This document shows, piece after piece, positions 56,649 through 64,000 of a DNA stretch of 64,000 bases. Where the stretch lies: NCBI GenBank assembly GCA_965197885.1, contig OZ240231.1, positions 192,504 to 256,503 of the forward strand, read 5' to 3'. Below the pieces are notes generated by a model that saw only the letters and a program-made list of their open reading frames with translations, was not told where the DNA came from and searched no databases. Numbering within the stretch: the first letter of the stretch is position 1; the number at the start of each line of letters is the position of its first letter. Made by a program: the position numbers and the translations under genes. This stretch comes from Thermodesulfobacteriota bacterium. GTDB lineage: Bacteria; Desulfobacterota_D; UBA1144; Nemesobacterales; Nemesobacteraceae.

Positions 56649-57389
56649 CTAGCGCCCTTTCTCCCGTATCTGCTCTCCTGTCAGTCCGAACCTTCTTTCC
56701 CTGGTGCGGTAATTGGCGATGGCTTTTAGCAGGTGTCTTTTTCTGAAATTCGGCCAGAGAGTTTTCGTAACGTATATTTCGGCATAAGCCAGTTGCCACA
56801 GCAGAAAATTGGAAAGTCTCATCTCTCCCCCGGTCCTTATGAGCAGATCCGGTTCCGGCAGTTGGGATGTATATAGATATTTCTGGAAATCCTCCTCGGT
56901 TACCGTTTTTTCCCCTCTCTCCGCGATTATGTTGTTCACGGCGTTGATTATTTCCTCCCTGCCCCCGTAGCTGAGCGCCAGGGTTATCGTCAGGGAATTG
57001 CATTTCTCCGTCATTTTCATCACGCGCCCGAGAAGTTCACGTATGTCCGGTGGGAGGTTGGAGAGGTTCCCGATCGCGTTTAGCCTCGTGTTTTGCGCAA
57101 GAAGTTTTTCGCCTTCATTTGACAGGTAGTGTCTTAAAAGATCCATCAGCGCGAGGACTTCTTTCCCCGGTCTTTTCCAGTTCTGGGCGGAAAACGCGTA
57201 GAGGGTTACGTACTCTATTCCAATTTCCCTCGCGGCCCGGACCACCGATCTTGTCGATTTCATTCCTTCTCTGTGACCGCTAAGCCTGTCAAGATTCTTC
57301 CGCCGTGCCCATCTTCCGTTGCCATCCATTATTATGACGACGTGTCGGGGAATAGGCCCCGGCGAGGGAATGTCAAGATCTTTCTGCAT
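56649..57389 (-). CDS. uppS: undecaprenyl diphosphate synthase (isoprenyl transferase)
   Basis: HVVIIMDGNGRWARRKNLDRLSGHREG... is canonical UppS. Confidence 0.93.
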   Translation of the reverse strand: MQKDLDIPSPGPIPRHVVIIMDGNGRWARRKNLDRLSGHREGMKSTRSVVRAAREIGIEYVTLYAFSAQNWKRPGKEVLALMDLLRHYLSNEGEKLLAQNTRLNAIGNLSNLPPDIRELLGRVMKMTEKCNSLTITLALSYGGREEIINAVNNIIAERGEKTVTEEDFQKYLYTSQLPEPDLLIRTGGEMRLSNFLLWQLAYAEIYVTKTLWPNFRKRHLLKAIANYRTRERRFGLTGEQIREKGR

Positions 57390-57429
57390 TACGAGACACT
57401 GTTTGTGAGCTTCGCCGACGGCCGTCGCT

Positions 57430-57648
57430 TCAATTCGCTGCCCCGTAGATATACGAAACGGGATATGCGATCAAAACGACCGTAATAATTACCGCCATGG
57501 CCACGAGCAGGGCGACCGGGTATACGAGAAGCGCCCCAAGGTAGAAAAGAGCTCTTTTCAGCGGGAGCCATTCCCGGGATACTTCGGGAAGGTCGGAAAC
57601 ACAGCTTTTGACAAATCCTGATATTATTCCAGTAAAAAGTGTAGACAT
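57430..57648 (-). CDS. small hydrophobic hypothetical protein (72 aa), doubtful
   Basis: ORF with one or two predicted TM helices upstream of uppS; no SD seen. Confidence 0.25.
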   Translation of the reverse strand: MSTLFTGIISGFVKSCVSDLPEVSREWLPLKRALFYLGALLVYPVALLVAMAVIITVVLIAYPVSYIYGAAN

Positions 57649-57773
57649 ATGAGTGAACCGATCTGCCGTAAACCTATCTTATTTCCCTTTTTTCATCAAG
57701 GGCAAAAGCCGCTCTTTATCCGCTTTGTCCAAAAAATTTCCTTTCAGGTAAACTACCGAAAACGTAAACCGCG

Positions 57774-58913
57774 ATGAGAAGATTCCGCTTTTTTTTCATA
57801 GTATGCGCATTAGTTCCGGCTTTCCTTTTTTCAGGACCCCTTTTAGCAAAAGAAGACACATACAGAGGTCTTTCCGACTTCGCAAAGGCCCTGAACCTCA
57901 TAGAGAGAAACTATGTGGAAGAGGTTTCCTCCGAGCAGCTGACCCGAAGCGCTATAAAAGGCATGTTTGATTCCCTTGATCCCTATTCGGTTTATCTCTC
58001 ATCTGAAAGCCTGAGGAACCTTGAGATAGGAACGATGGGGGAGTTTGAGGGCATAGGAGTCGAGATTACGGTGCGAGACGGGCTTTTGACCGTTATATCC
58101 CCGATTGAGGGAGGTCCGGCGCAGGAAGCCGGAGTGAAATCTGGAGACATAATCGTCTCCATAGACGGAGAGAGTACCGGGAAAACCAACATAGTTGACG
58201 CTTTGGACCGCATAAGGGGGAGAGAGGGGACTAAAGTGGACATCGTTGTCAGAAGAGACGGGACCGAGGAAGACCATAAATTCACCATCACAAGACGGAT
58301 AGTGAAACTCAGAAGCGTTGAGTCCAGGCTGGTTGAAAAAGACATAGGATATATAAAGCTGTCACAGTTCCACAGGCACTCTGCGGACGAGTTCCTCAGT
58401 TCTTACAGGGGGCTTGAAAAAGAAAACGGCGCGAAGCTCGGAGGACTTGTGCTTGACCTCAGGAACAACCCCGGAGGATTGCTTGAACAGGCGCTTGCGC
58501 TTTGTGACATGTTCATTGATAAAGGACTTATCCTGAACGTGAAGGGGAGGTCCGAGCAGACCTCGAAGGAATATTTCGCCAGAAAGGGTATGGAGATACC
58601 GACCAATCACGTTGCCGTAATCGTAAACCGGGGAAGTGCGAGTGCTTCCGAAGTTCTCGCCGGGGCCCTCAAAGACAGCGGCAGGGCGAAGATAGTCGGT
58701 ACTAGGACATTCGGCAAGGGTTCTGTTCAGTCCGTAATAGAACTCTCCGGGGAAACAGGAGTGAAGATAACCACGGCAAGACTTTTCACTCCCAACGGGA
58801 TTCTCATAGATGACAAGGGCATAGAACCTGATATTTTTGTTGAAGGTGGCGAGAAGGATGCCCCTTCCGACCCGCAGCTTGCAAGAGCCTTGGAAACGGT
58901 AAAACGCATGTGA
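57774..58913 (+). CDS. ctpA: carboxyl-terminal processing protease (S41 family)
   Basis: Signal peptide, PDZ domain, NPGGLLEQALALCDMF and GSASASEVLAGALKDSGRAKIVGTRTFGKGSVQ S41 catalytic blocks. Confidence 0.9.
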   Translation: MRRFRFFFIVCALVPAFLFSGPLLAKEDTYRGLSDFAKALNLIERNYVEEVSSEQLTRSAIKGMFDSLDPYSVYLSSESLRNLEIGTMGEFEGIGVEITVRDGLLTVISPIEGGPAQEAGVKSGDIIVSIDGESTGKTNIVDALDRIRGREGTKVDIVVRRDGTEEDHKFTITRRIVKLRSVESRLVEKDIGYIKLSQFHRHSADEFLSSYRGLEKENGAKLGGLVLDLRNNPGGLLEQALALCDMFIDKGLILNVKGRSEQTSKEYFARKGMEIPTNHVAVIVNRGSASASEVLAGALKDSGRAKIVGTRTFGKGSVQSVIELSGETGVKITTARLFTPNGILIDDKGIEPDIFVEGGEKDAPSDPQLARALETVKRM

Positions 58914-58927
58914 GGAGATAAGGGGCC

Positions 58928-59818
58928 TTGAGTCAGAAGAGACGAACGAGAAAAAAACCGTCTGCCGGAAGAACCGGCGGCAAAAAAAACACGGCGAAAC
59001 TTTCCCACGCGGTCTTGGTTCTGCTTTTCTTTTTCGCCTTTTCGATCTTCGGCCTCCGGTATGTCGAGAAATTCCTTGACGAATGGTCACCCCGTGAGGT
59101 TACGCCTACTGTCGCTGACAAGATTGCGGAGAAAAAGCCCAAGCGTCCCGGAGTTGTTCTTATAATAGATGATCTGGGCGGCGACAGAGAATCGATTGAC
59201 ACGCTCCTCAAGATCAGGCAGCCGATCAACTTAGCTGTGCTTCCGCATCTTCCCCATTCCCGGTATGCTGCACGCGCCGCTTACCGCGGAGGGATGGACG
59301 TGATACTCCACCTTCCCATGGAACCCAAGGATGCTTCCGGTTACACGGCCGATGACGCTGGAGAAGGAGTCTTGCTGCTCGGCTTCTCGATAGACCAGAT
59401 AAGGAAGGAACTCAGAAGAAACATCATGGCGGTTCCCAATGTCGCCGGAGTCAACAACCATATGGGTTCCAAGTTCATGGAGAATGAAGAACCGGTAAGA
59501 ACGGTGATGCAGGAACTGAAGTCCAGGGATCTTTATTTTGTTGACAGCCTTACGACCCCGGACTCCCGTGGATACAGCGTGGCGAAACAACTTGGAGTAA
59601 AGACACTTAAAAGGGATGTCTTTATTGACCAAAAAGAGCGGGGCAAGGAATATACCATAAGGCAGCTTGATAAACTGGTAAGGATCGCCGAGAAAAAAGG
59701 CATAGCAGTAGGTATAGGTCATCCTTATCCGCCGACAATAGAGGCTCTTGCGGAGTACATGCCCAAGATTGAAGAAAAAGTGGAATTCATGAAAATATCC
59801 GCGGCCGCTTTGAACTGA
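58928..59818 (+). CDS. divergent polysaccharide deacetylase family protein (YibQ-like)
   Basis: TM anchor then VVLIIDDLGGDRESIDTLLKIRQPINLAVLPHLPHS...DVILHLPME is characteristic of the divergent polysaccharide deacetylase family. Confidence 0.75.
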   Translation: MSQKRRTRKKPSAGRTGGKKNTAKLSHAVLVLLFFFAFSIFGLRYVEKFLDEWSPREVTPTVADKIAEKKPKRPGVVLIIDDLGGDRESIDTLLKIRQPINLAVLPHLPHSRYAARAAYRGGMDVILHLPMEPKDASGYTADDAGEGVLLLGFSIDQIRKELRRNIMAVPNVAGVNNHMGSKFMENEEPVRTVMQELKSRDLYFVDSLTTPDSRGYSVAKQLGVKTLKRDVFIDQKERGKEYTIRQLDKLVRIAEKKGIAVGIGHPYPPTIEALAEYMPKIEEKVEFMKISAAALN

Positions 59819-59854
59819 GACGGTTGCTGAGGAAAAACCAGAAAGAGGATAGTC

Positions 59855-60043
59855 ATGGGACTTGTAGATGAGATAAGAAACAGAAGAGATTCATGGAGCC
59901 GGAGGCTTGAGGAGCAGAGGGCTTCCCAGGAGCCGTACGACTATGAATTCGAGAAGCGAAATTCCCGCAGAATCGAAGAAGAAATAAAAAAGAACCGGGA
60001 GATGGTCGGAAAATTCCCATCCGCGGAAAAACTATCAGAATAA
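59855..60043 (+). CDS. small basic hypothetical protein (62 aa)
   Basis: ORF with an upstream gaaagagga SD-like sequence; no motif recognised. Confidence 0.35.
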   Translation: MGLVDEIRNRRDSWSRRLEEQRASQEPYDYEFEKRNSRRIEEEIKKNREMVGKFPSAEKLSE

Positions 60044-60133
60044 TCGGCGAGAAGGAGGGGTTTAAAGGTGATTTGACAACGCTTTTTATATCCTTTAGGA
60101 TTTTCTTCCCCGTGAGGATGGAGGTTTAATTTT

Positions 60134-60325
60134 TTGCCAGGAATAACAGTAGGTAGCAGCGAAAGTATTGACAGCGCTTTAAAAAGGTTTAAAAAACAGG
60201 TTGAGAAGGGTGGGGTTCTTTCTGAAGTAAGGAAGAGAGAATACTACGAAAAACCGAGCGAAAAGAAAAAAAAGAAGCTGTTTGCTGCCAAAAAGCGCAG
60301 TTCAAGCAGCAGAAAAAGAAGATAG
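60134..60325 (+). CDS. rpsU: 30S ribosomal protein S21 (TTG start)
   Basis: [47 protein letters not shown] matches S21; first gene of the rpsU-dnaG-rpoD operon. Confidence 0.9.
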   Translation: MPGITVGSSESIDSALKRFKKQVEKGGVLSEVRKREYYEKPSEKKKKKLFAAKKRSSSSRKRR

Positions 60326-60394
60326 ACCGTTTTAATTTGCGTGGTTTTCACCTGAAGTTCTTTCTAAAGATCCCACCGAACTAAGTCGCTTTGA

Positions 60395-62188
60395 ATGAAG
60401 AATCCTTCTTTCACATCAGCGATAGCGGATATAAAGGCAAGGCTCAGTATAGCAGATGTCATACAGGGCTTTGTTTCCCTTAAAAAATCTGGAAAAAACC
60501 ATATCGGGCTTTGCCCGTTCCACGACGACAACAACCCTTCCATGCACGTAAATGATGAGAAGGGCTTTTTCCATTGCTTCAGTTGCGGAGCCGGAGGGGA
60601 TGTCTTCGGCTTCCTGATGAGGTACAGCAATATAGGTTTCCACGAGGCCTTAAAAGAACTTGCGCGGAAAGCCGGAGTCAGGCTTCCCGCCCCGCGTCCG
60701 CGCACGGAAAGCGCAAAGAAAAAAGAGATCGCCGCGGCGAGATTTTTTGAGATAAATTCCCTCGTCTGTTCGTTTTACAGCAAGAACCTTCTCCATTCTG
60801 GAAGGGACTCCGCGCAGGCCAGAGAGTATCTTAAATCGAGGGGGATCACTTCGGAGATAAACGAGGAATTCAAACTCGGCTTCGCTCCCGACAGCTGGGA
60901 CGCCGTCGTAAAATTTGCTTCCGGAGATAATATCAGTATCAAGGAGCTTGAAAAGCTTGGACTTGTCGTTGCGAGGGAGAGAGGAAGCGGGCACTATGAC
61001 CGGTTTCGAAACAGGATCGTTTTTCCCATAACCGATATAACGGGGCGAATTTGCGGTTTCGGCGGCAGAACCCTGACGGAAGACGAACCGAAACAGCCGA
61101 AATACATGAATTCCCCCGAATCCCCGGTTTTTGACAAAAAAAACGTTCTTTACGGACTTTACCACTCGAAAAATGAAATTGGAAGAAAACGTAAAGCCGT
61201 TCTGGTTGAGGGCTACATGGATTTCATAAAGCTCTACGCAAATGGAACGCGCAACGTGGTTGCCACATTGGGAACGGCCTTTACGAATGAGCACGCCAGG
61301 CTTCTTCGACGTTTCTGCGAAGAGGTAGTGATTGCCTACGACGGCGATGCAGCGGGGATACGTTCTGCCGTCCGGGCCGGAGAAATTCTTCTTGAACAGG
61401 GGATTTCTTCAAGTATCTGCCGCATTCCCGACGGACTTGATCCCGATGATTACCTGGAAGCGTATGGTCCGGAAAGTCTCGGCGAACTGATTGCGGACGC
61501 CGTTGATGTCTCCGATTTCATTATTGACGACACTTTCGCAAGATACAGGGAAAAGAAAATGTCTTCCGGAGAGTCGATGAGATTTCTCGCGGACATGGTT
61601 TCGAAAATAAAAGACCCGGTTCGAAGGGCCGAAGCTGTTTCCAAGGCAACCGGGATTTTCGGGATAAGGGAATCTGAGTTTCTTTCTATGATAAAAACTT
61701 CGGATTCTGGTAAAAACCGCGGATCACTTGCGCCGGTCTCCTTGATCCCGAAAAAAAGCGTTCATGAGAGAGAAATTGTAAGGATACTGCTTAAATTCCC
61801 CCACCTGCTTAGCGCTGAGAAAATCGAAAATGTCGGAGAGGATTTTGAAAATAATGATTTAAAGGTTATTCTCAAGCATGTGGGTGAAGGGGAGTTTACC
61901 GAGGTTTCCTCCCTGATGAGTTCTTTTGAAAAAATCGAGATGCAGCAGTTGCTGGGCGAGTTAATTTTTTCTTCGGATGATTTGATAGACGAGACGACTT
62001 CGGAGAAAATACTAAGTGGCTGCGTGAGAGAGCTTGAACTGAGAAACATAGCTTTTAAGCGTAACGAGGTAATGGATAGAATCCGCAAGCAGCGCGGTTC
62101 TTCGGATAAAAGCCTTGAAAGAGAGCTTGTTGAACAATACAGGAATCTGGTGAGAATAGAAAAAACCATAAAAGGAACTGTCAGTTGA
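60395..62188 (+). CDS. dnaG: DNA primase
   Basis: Zinc-ribbon [36 protein letters not shown]; TOPRIM block [12 protein letters not shown]...IAYDGDAAG. Confidence 0.95.
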   Translation: MKNPSFTSAIADIKARLSIADVIQGFVSLKKSGKNHIGLCPFHDDNNPSMHVNDEKGFFHCFSCGAGGDVFGFLMRYSNIGFHEALKELARKAGVRLPAPRPRTESAKKKEIAAARFFEINSLVCSFYSKNLLHSGRDSAQAREYLKSRGITSEINEEFKLGFAPDSWDAVVKFASGDNISIKELEKLGLVVARERGSGHYDRFRNRIVFPITDITGRICGFGGRTLTEDEPKQPKYMNSPESPVFDKKNVLYGLYHSKNEIGRKRKAVLVEGYMDFIKLYANGTRNVVATLGTAFTNEHARLLRRFCEEVVIAYDGDAAGIRSAVRAGEILLEQGISSSICRIPDGLDPDDYLEAYGPESLGELIADAVDVSDFIIDDTFARYREKKMSSGESMRFLADMVSKIKDPVRRAEAVSKATGIFGIRESEFLSMIKTSDSGKNRGSLAPVSLIPKKSVHEREIVRILLKFPHLLSAEKIENVGEDFENNDLKVILKHVGEGEFTEVSSLMSSFEKIEMQQLLGELIFSSDDLIDETTSEKILSGCVRELELRNIAFKRNEVMDRIRKQRGSSDKSLERELVEQYRNLVRIEKTIKGTVS

Positions 62189-63687
62189 ACCCAAACGACG
62201 AAACTAACGGGTTAGGGGGCGAAATCAGCGGGCAGGACGAAGGGGAATTCTCTGAATCCGTACAGGCACAGGGTTTTCAAAATGCCCCGGCTGATTCTCA
62301 GGCCGAAGACAGTCTCAAGAACGTAAAGAGTCAAGATGCCGACCAAGACCCTATAAGATCGTACATTCTCGCTATTGCACAGCACTCCCTCCTTTCCAAG
62401 GAGGAAGAGGTTGAGATAGCAAGACAGATTGAAAAAGGTAAAAAAATAATTGCGAGAATGATAATTGACAACCCTTTCATGATGAAAAAGGTTCTCAAAC
62501 TCGAAGAAGAGATCAAAGATGGGAGACTTGGCGCGGGTGATGTCTCCTACCAGGGCGAGGACATCGAATCCTCCACTGATGGCGAAGCATATCGCAATTC
62601 TATAAAGAATTTTCTTCCGATCAGACAGCTTTTTGCCGAGAACCAGGAACTGAGAAAGAAGCTCGGTACTCTGACACTTCCAGATGACGATAAAGCGAAG
62701 ATCTCAAGGAAAATCAGGAAAAACAACGAAAGGACTGTAGAACTTCTTGACGAAATTGATTTTTCCTCGGCACAGGCCAACAGGATATACAGTCTGGCCG
62801 TCGAGTATGTGGACAGAGTCGAGAGTGGGGTCTGTGACGACTGTATGATGGATGGTTCAGATGACGCTATTGGCAATGGTTCGGAATCTGAATATTCCGA
62901 GGAGAAACTCGCTTCGCTTAAAAGGGTGCTTGGGAGGTTTGAAAAAGCAAAGAAAGCTACTAAGAAAGCCAGAAAAAAACTTATCGAATGCAACCTTAGA
63001 CTTGTCGTCAGTATAGCGAGAAAATACATTAACAGAGGACTGCCGTTTCTTGACCTGGTTCAGGAAGGCAATATGGGGTTGATGAAAGCGGTTGAAAAGT
63101 TTGAACATGGAATGGGATACAAGTTTTCAACCTGTGCCACATGGTGGATAAAGCAGGCCATTACGCGTGCGATAGCCGATCAGGGAAGTCTTATAAGAGT
63201 TCCTGTTCACATGACCGAGAACATAAACAGGCTAAACAAGATCTCAAGATCCCTCATGCAGAAATTGGGTAGAGAACCCAAACCAGAGGAGATAGCCGAA
63301 GCAATGGATATACCCCTTGAGAAGGTATTGAAAATCATGAAGGTGTCACGCGACCCGATTTCGCTTGAATCTCCGATTGGTGAGGACGATTGCAGGCTGA
63401 TGGATATTATCTCGGACCCGACTTCCTCTTCTCCGCTTGACATGCTCGAAACCAAGGAATTGAACCGGATCATGCGCAACGCACTCTGCACCAATCTCAG
63501 TAACGGAGAGGAAGGAGTTGTCAAAATGCGTTTCGGTATAGATGAAGACAAGGAATATACCCTTGAAGAAATAGGAAAAAAATTAAATGTTACCCGCGAG
63601 AGGATAAGACAGATCGAGGTAAAGGCTATTAAGAAGCTAAAAAGGTTCGGAAGAGCTCTTCCAATAAGGGGTTTTAACTCTGACTGA
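62185..63687 (+). CDS. rpoD: RNA polymerase sigma factor RpoD (sigma-70), probable TTG start overlapping the dnaG stop
   Basis: Region 1.2 [29 protein letters not shown]; region 2 [53 protein letters not shown]; region 4 [19 protein letters not shown]. Confidence 0.93.
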   Translation: MNPNDETNGLGGEISGQDEGEFSESVQAQGFQNAPADSQAEDSLKNVKSQDADQDPIRSYILAIAQHSLLSKEEEVEIARQIEKGKKIIARMIIDNPFMMKKVLKLEEEIKDGRLGAGDVSYQGEDIESSTDGEAYRNSIKNFLPIRQLFAENQELRKKLGTLTLPDDDKAKISRKIRKNNERTVELLDEIDFSSAQANRIYSLAVEYVDRVESGVCDDCMMDGSDDAIGNGSESEYSEEKLASLKRVLGRFEKAKKATKKARKKLIECNLRLVVSIARKYINRGLPFLDLVQEGNMGLMKAVEKFEHGMGYKFSTCATWWIKQAITRAIADQGSLIRVPVHMTENINRLNKISRSLMQKLGREPKPEEIAEAMDIPLEKVLKIMKVSRDPISLESPIGEDDCRLMDIISDPTSSSPLDMLETKELNRIMRNALCTNLSNGEEGVVKMRFGIDEDKEYTLEEIGKKLNVTRERIRQIEVKAIKKLKRFGRALPIRGFNSD

Positions 63688-63732
63688 TATTCCCGCTTGA
63701 CATTATTTTTTCCGATGATACTTTTCTGCGTC

Positions 63733-63845
63733 TAGGGTGGCTATGCTAAAGGGGAAGCACCCGGTCCCATCCCGAACCCGGAAGTTAAGTCCTTACAGGC
63801 CGATGATACTGCTCCTTTCAGGAGTGGGAAAGTAGGTAGCTGCCC
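63733..63845 (+). rRNA. rrf: 5S ribosomal RNA (not adjacent to a 23S gene within this window)
   Basis: ...ccggtcccatcccgaacccggaagttaagt...gccgatgatactg...gggaaagtaggtagctgcc reproduces the universally conserved 5S loop sequences; 5' GGTGGCTA pairs with 3' TAGCTGCC (two G-U pairs) to form helix I. A T-run follows. Confidence 0.85.
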
Positions 63846-63886
63846 TTTTTTTCTTTCCTTGTTTTCTCTAGTTCCCGGTGCCTGCG

Positions 63887-64000
63887 ATGCCAAAGACCAA
63901 TGTTGCCGTGTTTGTTTCCGGAAGCGGAACCAATCTTCAGGCGGTGATAGATTCTGGTATAGAATCCGCAAACATAGCCGTGGTTGTCTGCGATACCCCA
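63887..64000 (+). CDS. purN: phosphoribosylglycinamide formyltransferase, N-terminal fragment (continues beyond window end)
   Basis: MPKTNVAVFVSGSGTNLQAVIDSGIESANIAVVVCDTP matches the PurN N-terminus (AVLISGxGSNLQAIID). Confidence 0.75.
   Translation, partial: MPKTNVAVFVSGSGTNLQAVIDSGIESANIAVVVCDTP

Noticed and set aside
63697-63725. Promoter call for the 5S rRNA
   Set aside because: A good TTGACA -35 is present but no convincing -10 at 16-18 nt spacing, so I mention it only within the finding.
1-64000. CRISPR arrays and tRNA genes
   Set aside because: No run of regularly spaced 25-40-bp direct repeats with unique spacers was found. Repeat arrays present are coding (631-870, 17151-17709) or short regulatory pairs. 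I did not recognise a cloverleaf with a T-loop GTTCRANYC in the intergenic regions, but cannot exclude one without a covariance-model scan.

Overview
This 64 kb window is a bacterial chromosomal segment with a lower-GC housekeeping backbone (roughly 48-50% GC, my by-eye estimate) interrupted by several compositionally foreign insertions. Backbone genes recognised: rny (frameshifted), zapB-like, zapA, 5-formyl-THF cyclo-ligase, prfA, dodecin, dapF, mqnA, mqnD, dgt, hisF, hisA, rng, methylmalonyl-CoA epimerase, tatA, glyQ, glyS, trmFO, purK, purE, rseP, dxr, uppS, ctpA, the rpsU-dnaG-rpoD operon, a stand-alone 5S rRNA and the start of purN. Accessory content: (1) a GC-rich secreted lipoprotein with eight near-perfect 30-bp repeats and an HExxH motif; (2) a rhodanese / SufE-like / SufU-like / nitroreductase-like / FAD-oxidoreductase / polyferredoxin cluster behind a consensus sigma70 promoter; (3) three paralogous bacterial SRCR-domain secreted proteins, two of them in a duplicated cassette with IS110-like transposase 5' remnants and two paralogous secreted tandem Cache-like proteins that share an unusual Cys-containing C-terminal tag; (4) a very GC-rich 1799-aa autotransporter adhesin whose 5' end carries a C10/G10 tract arranged like a phase-variation switch; (5) an apparently intact ISNCY/IS1202-like IS element with terminal inverted repeats; (6) two Fic-family proteins, one with a 22-bp perfect palindrome just upstream and one in a GC-rich insert between glyQ and trmFO. 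No CRISPR array and no tRNA was recognised. All calls come from reading the sequence and ORF translations against remembered family motifs; no database search was possible.
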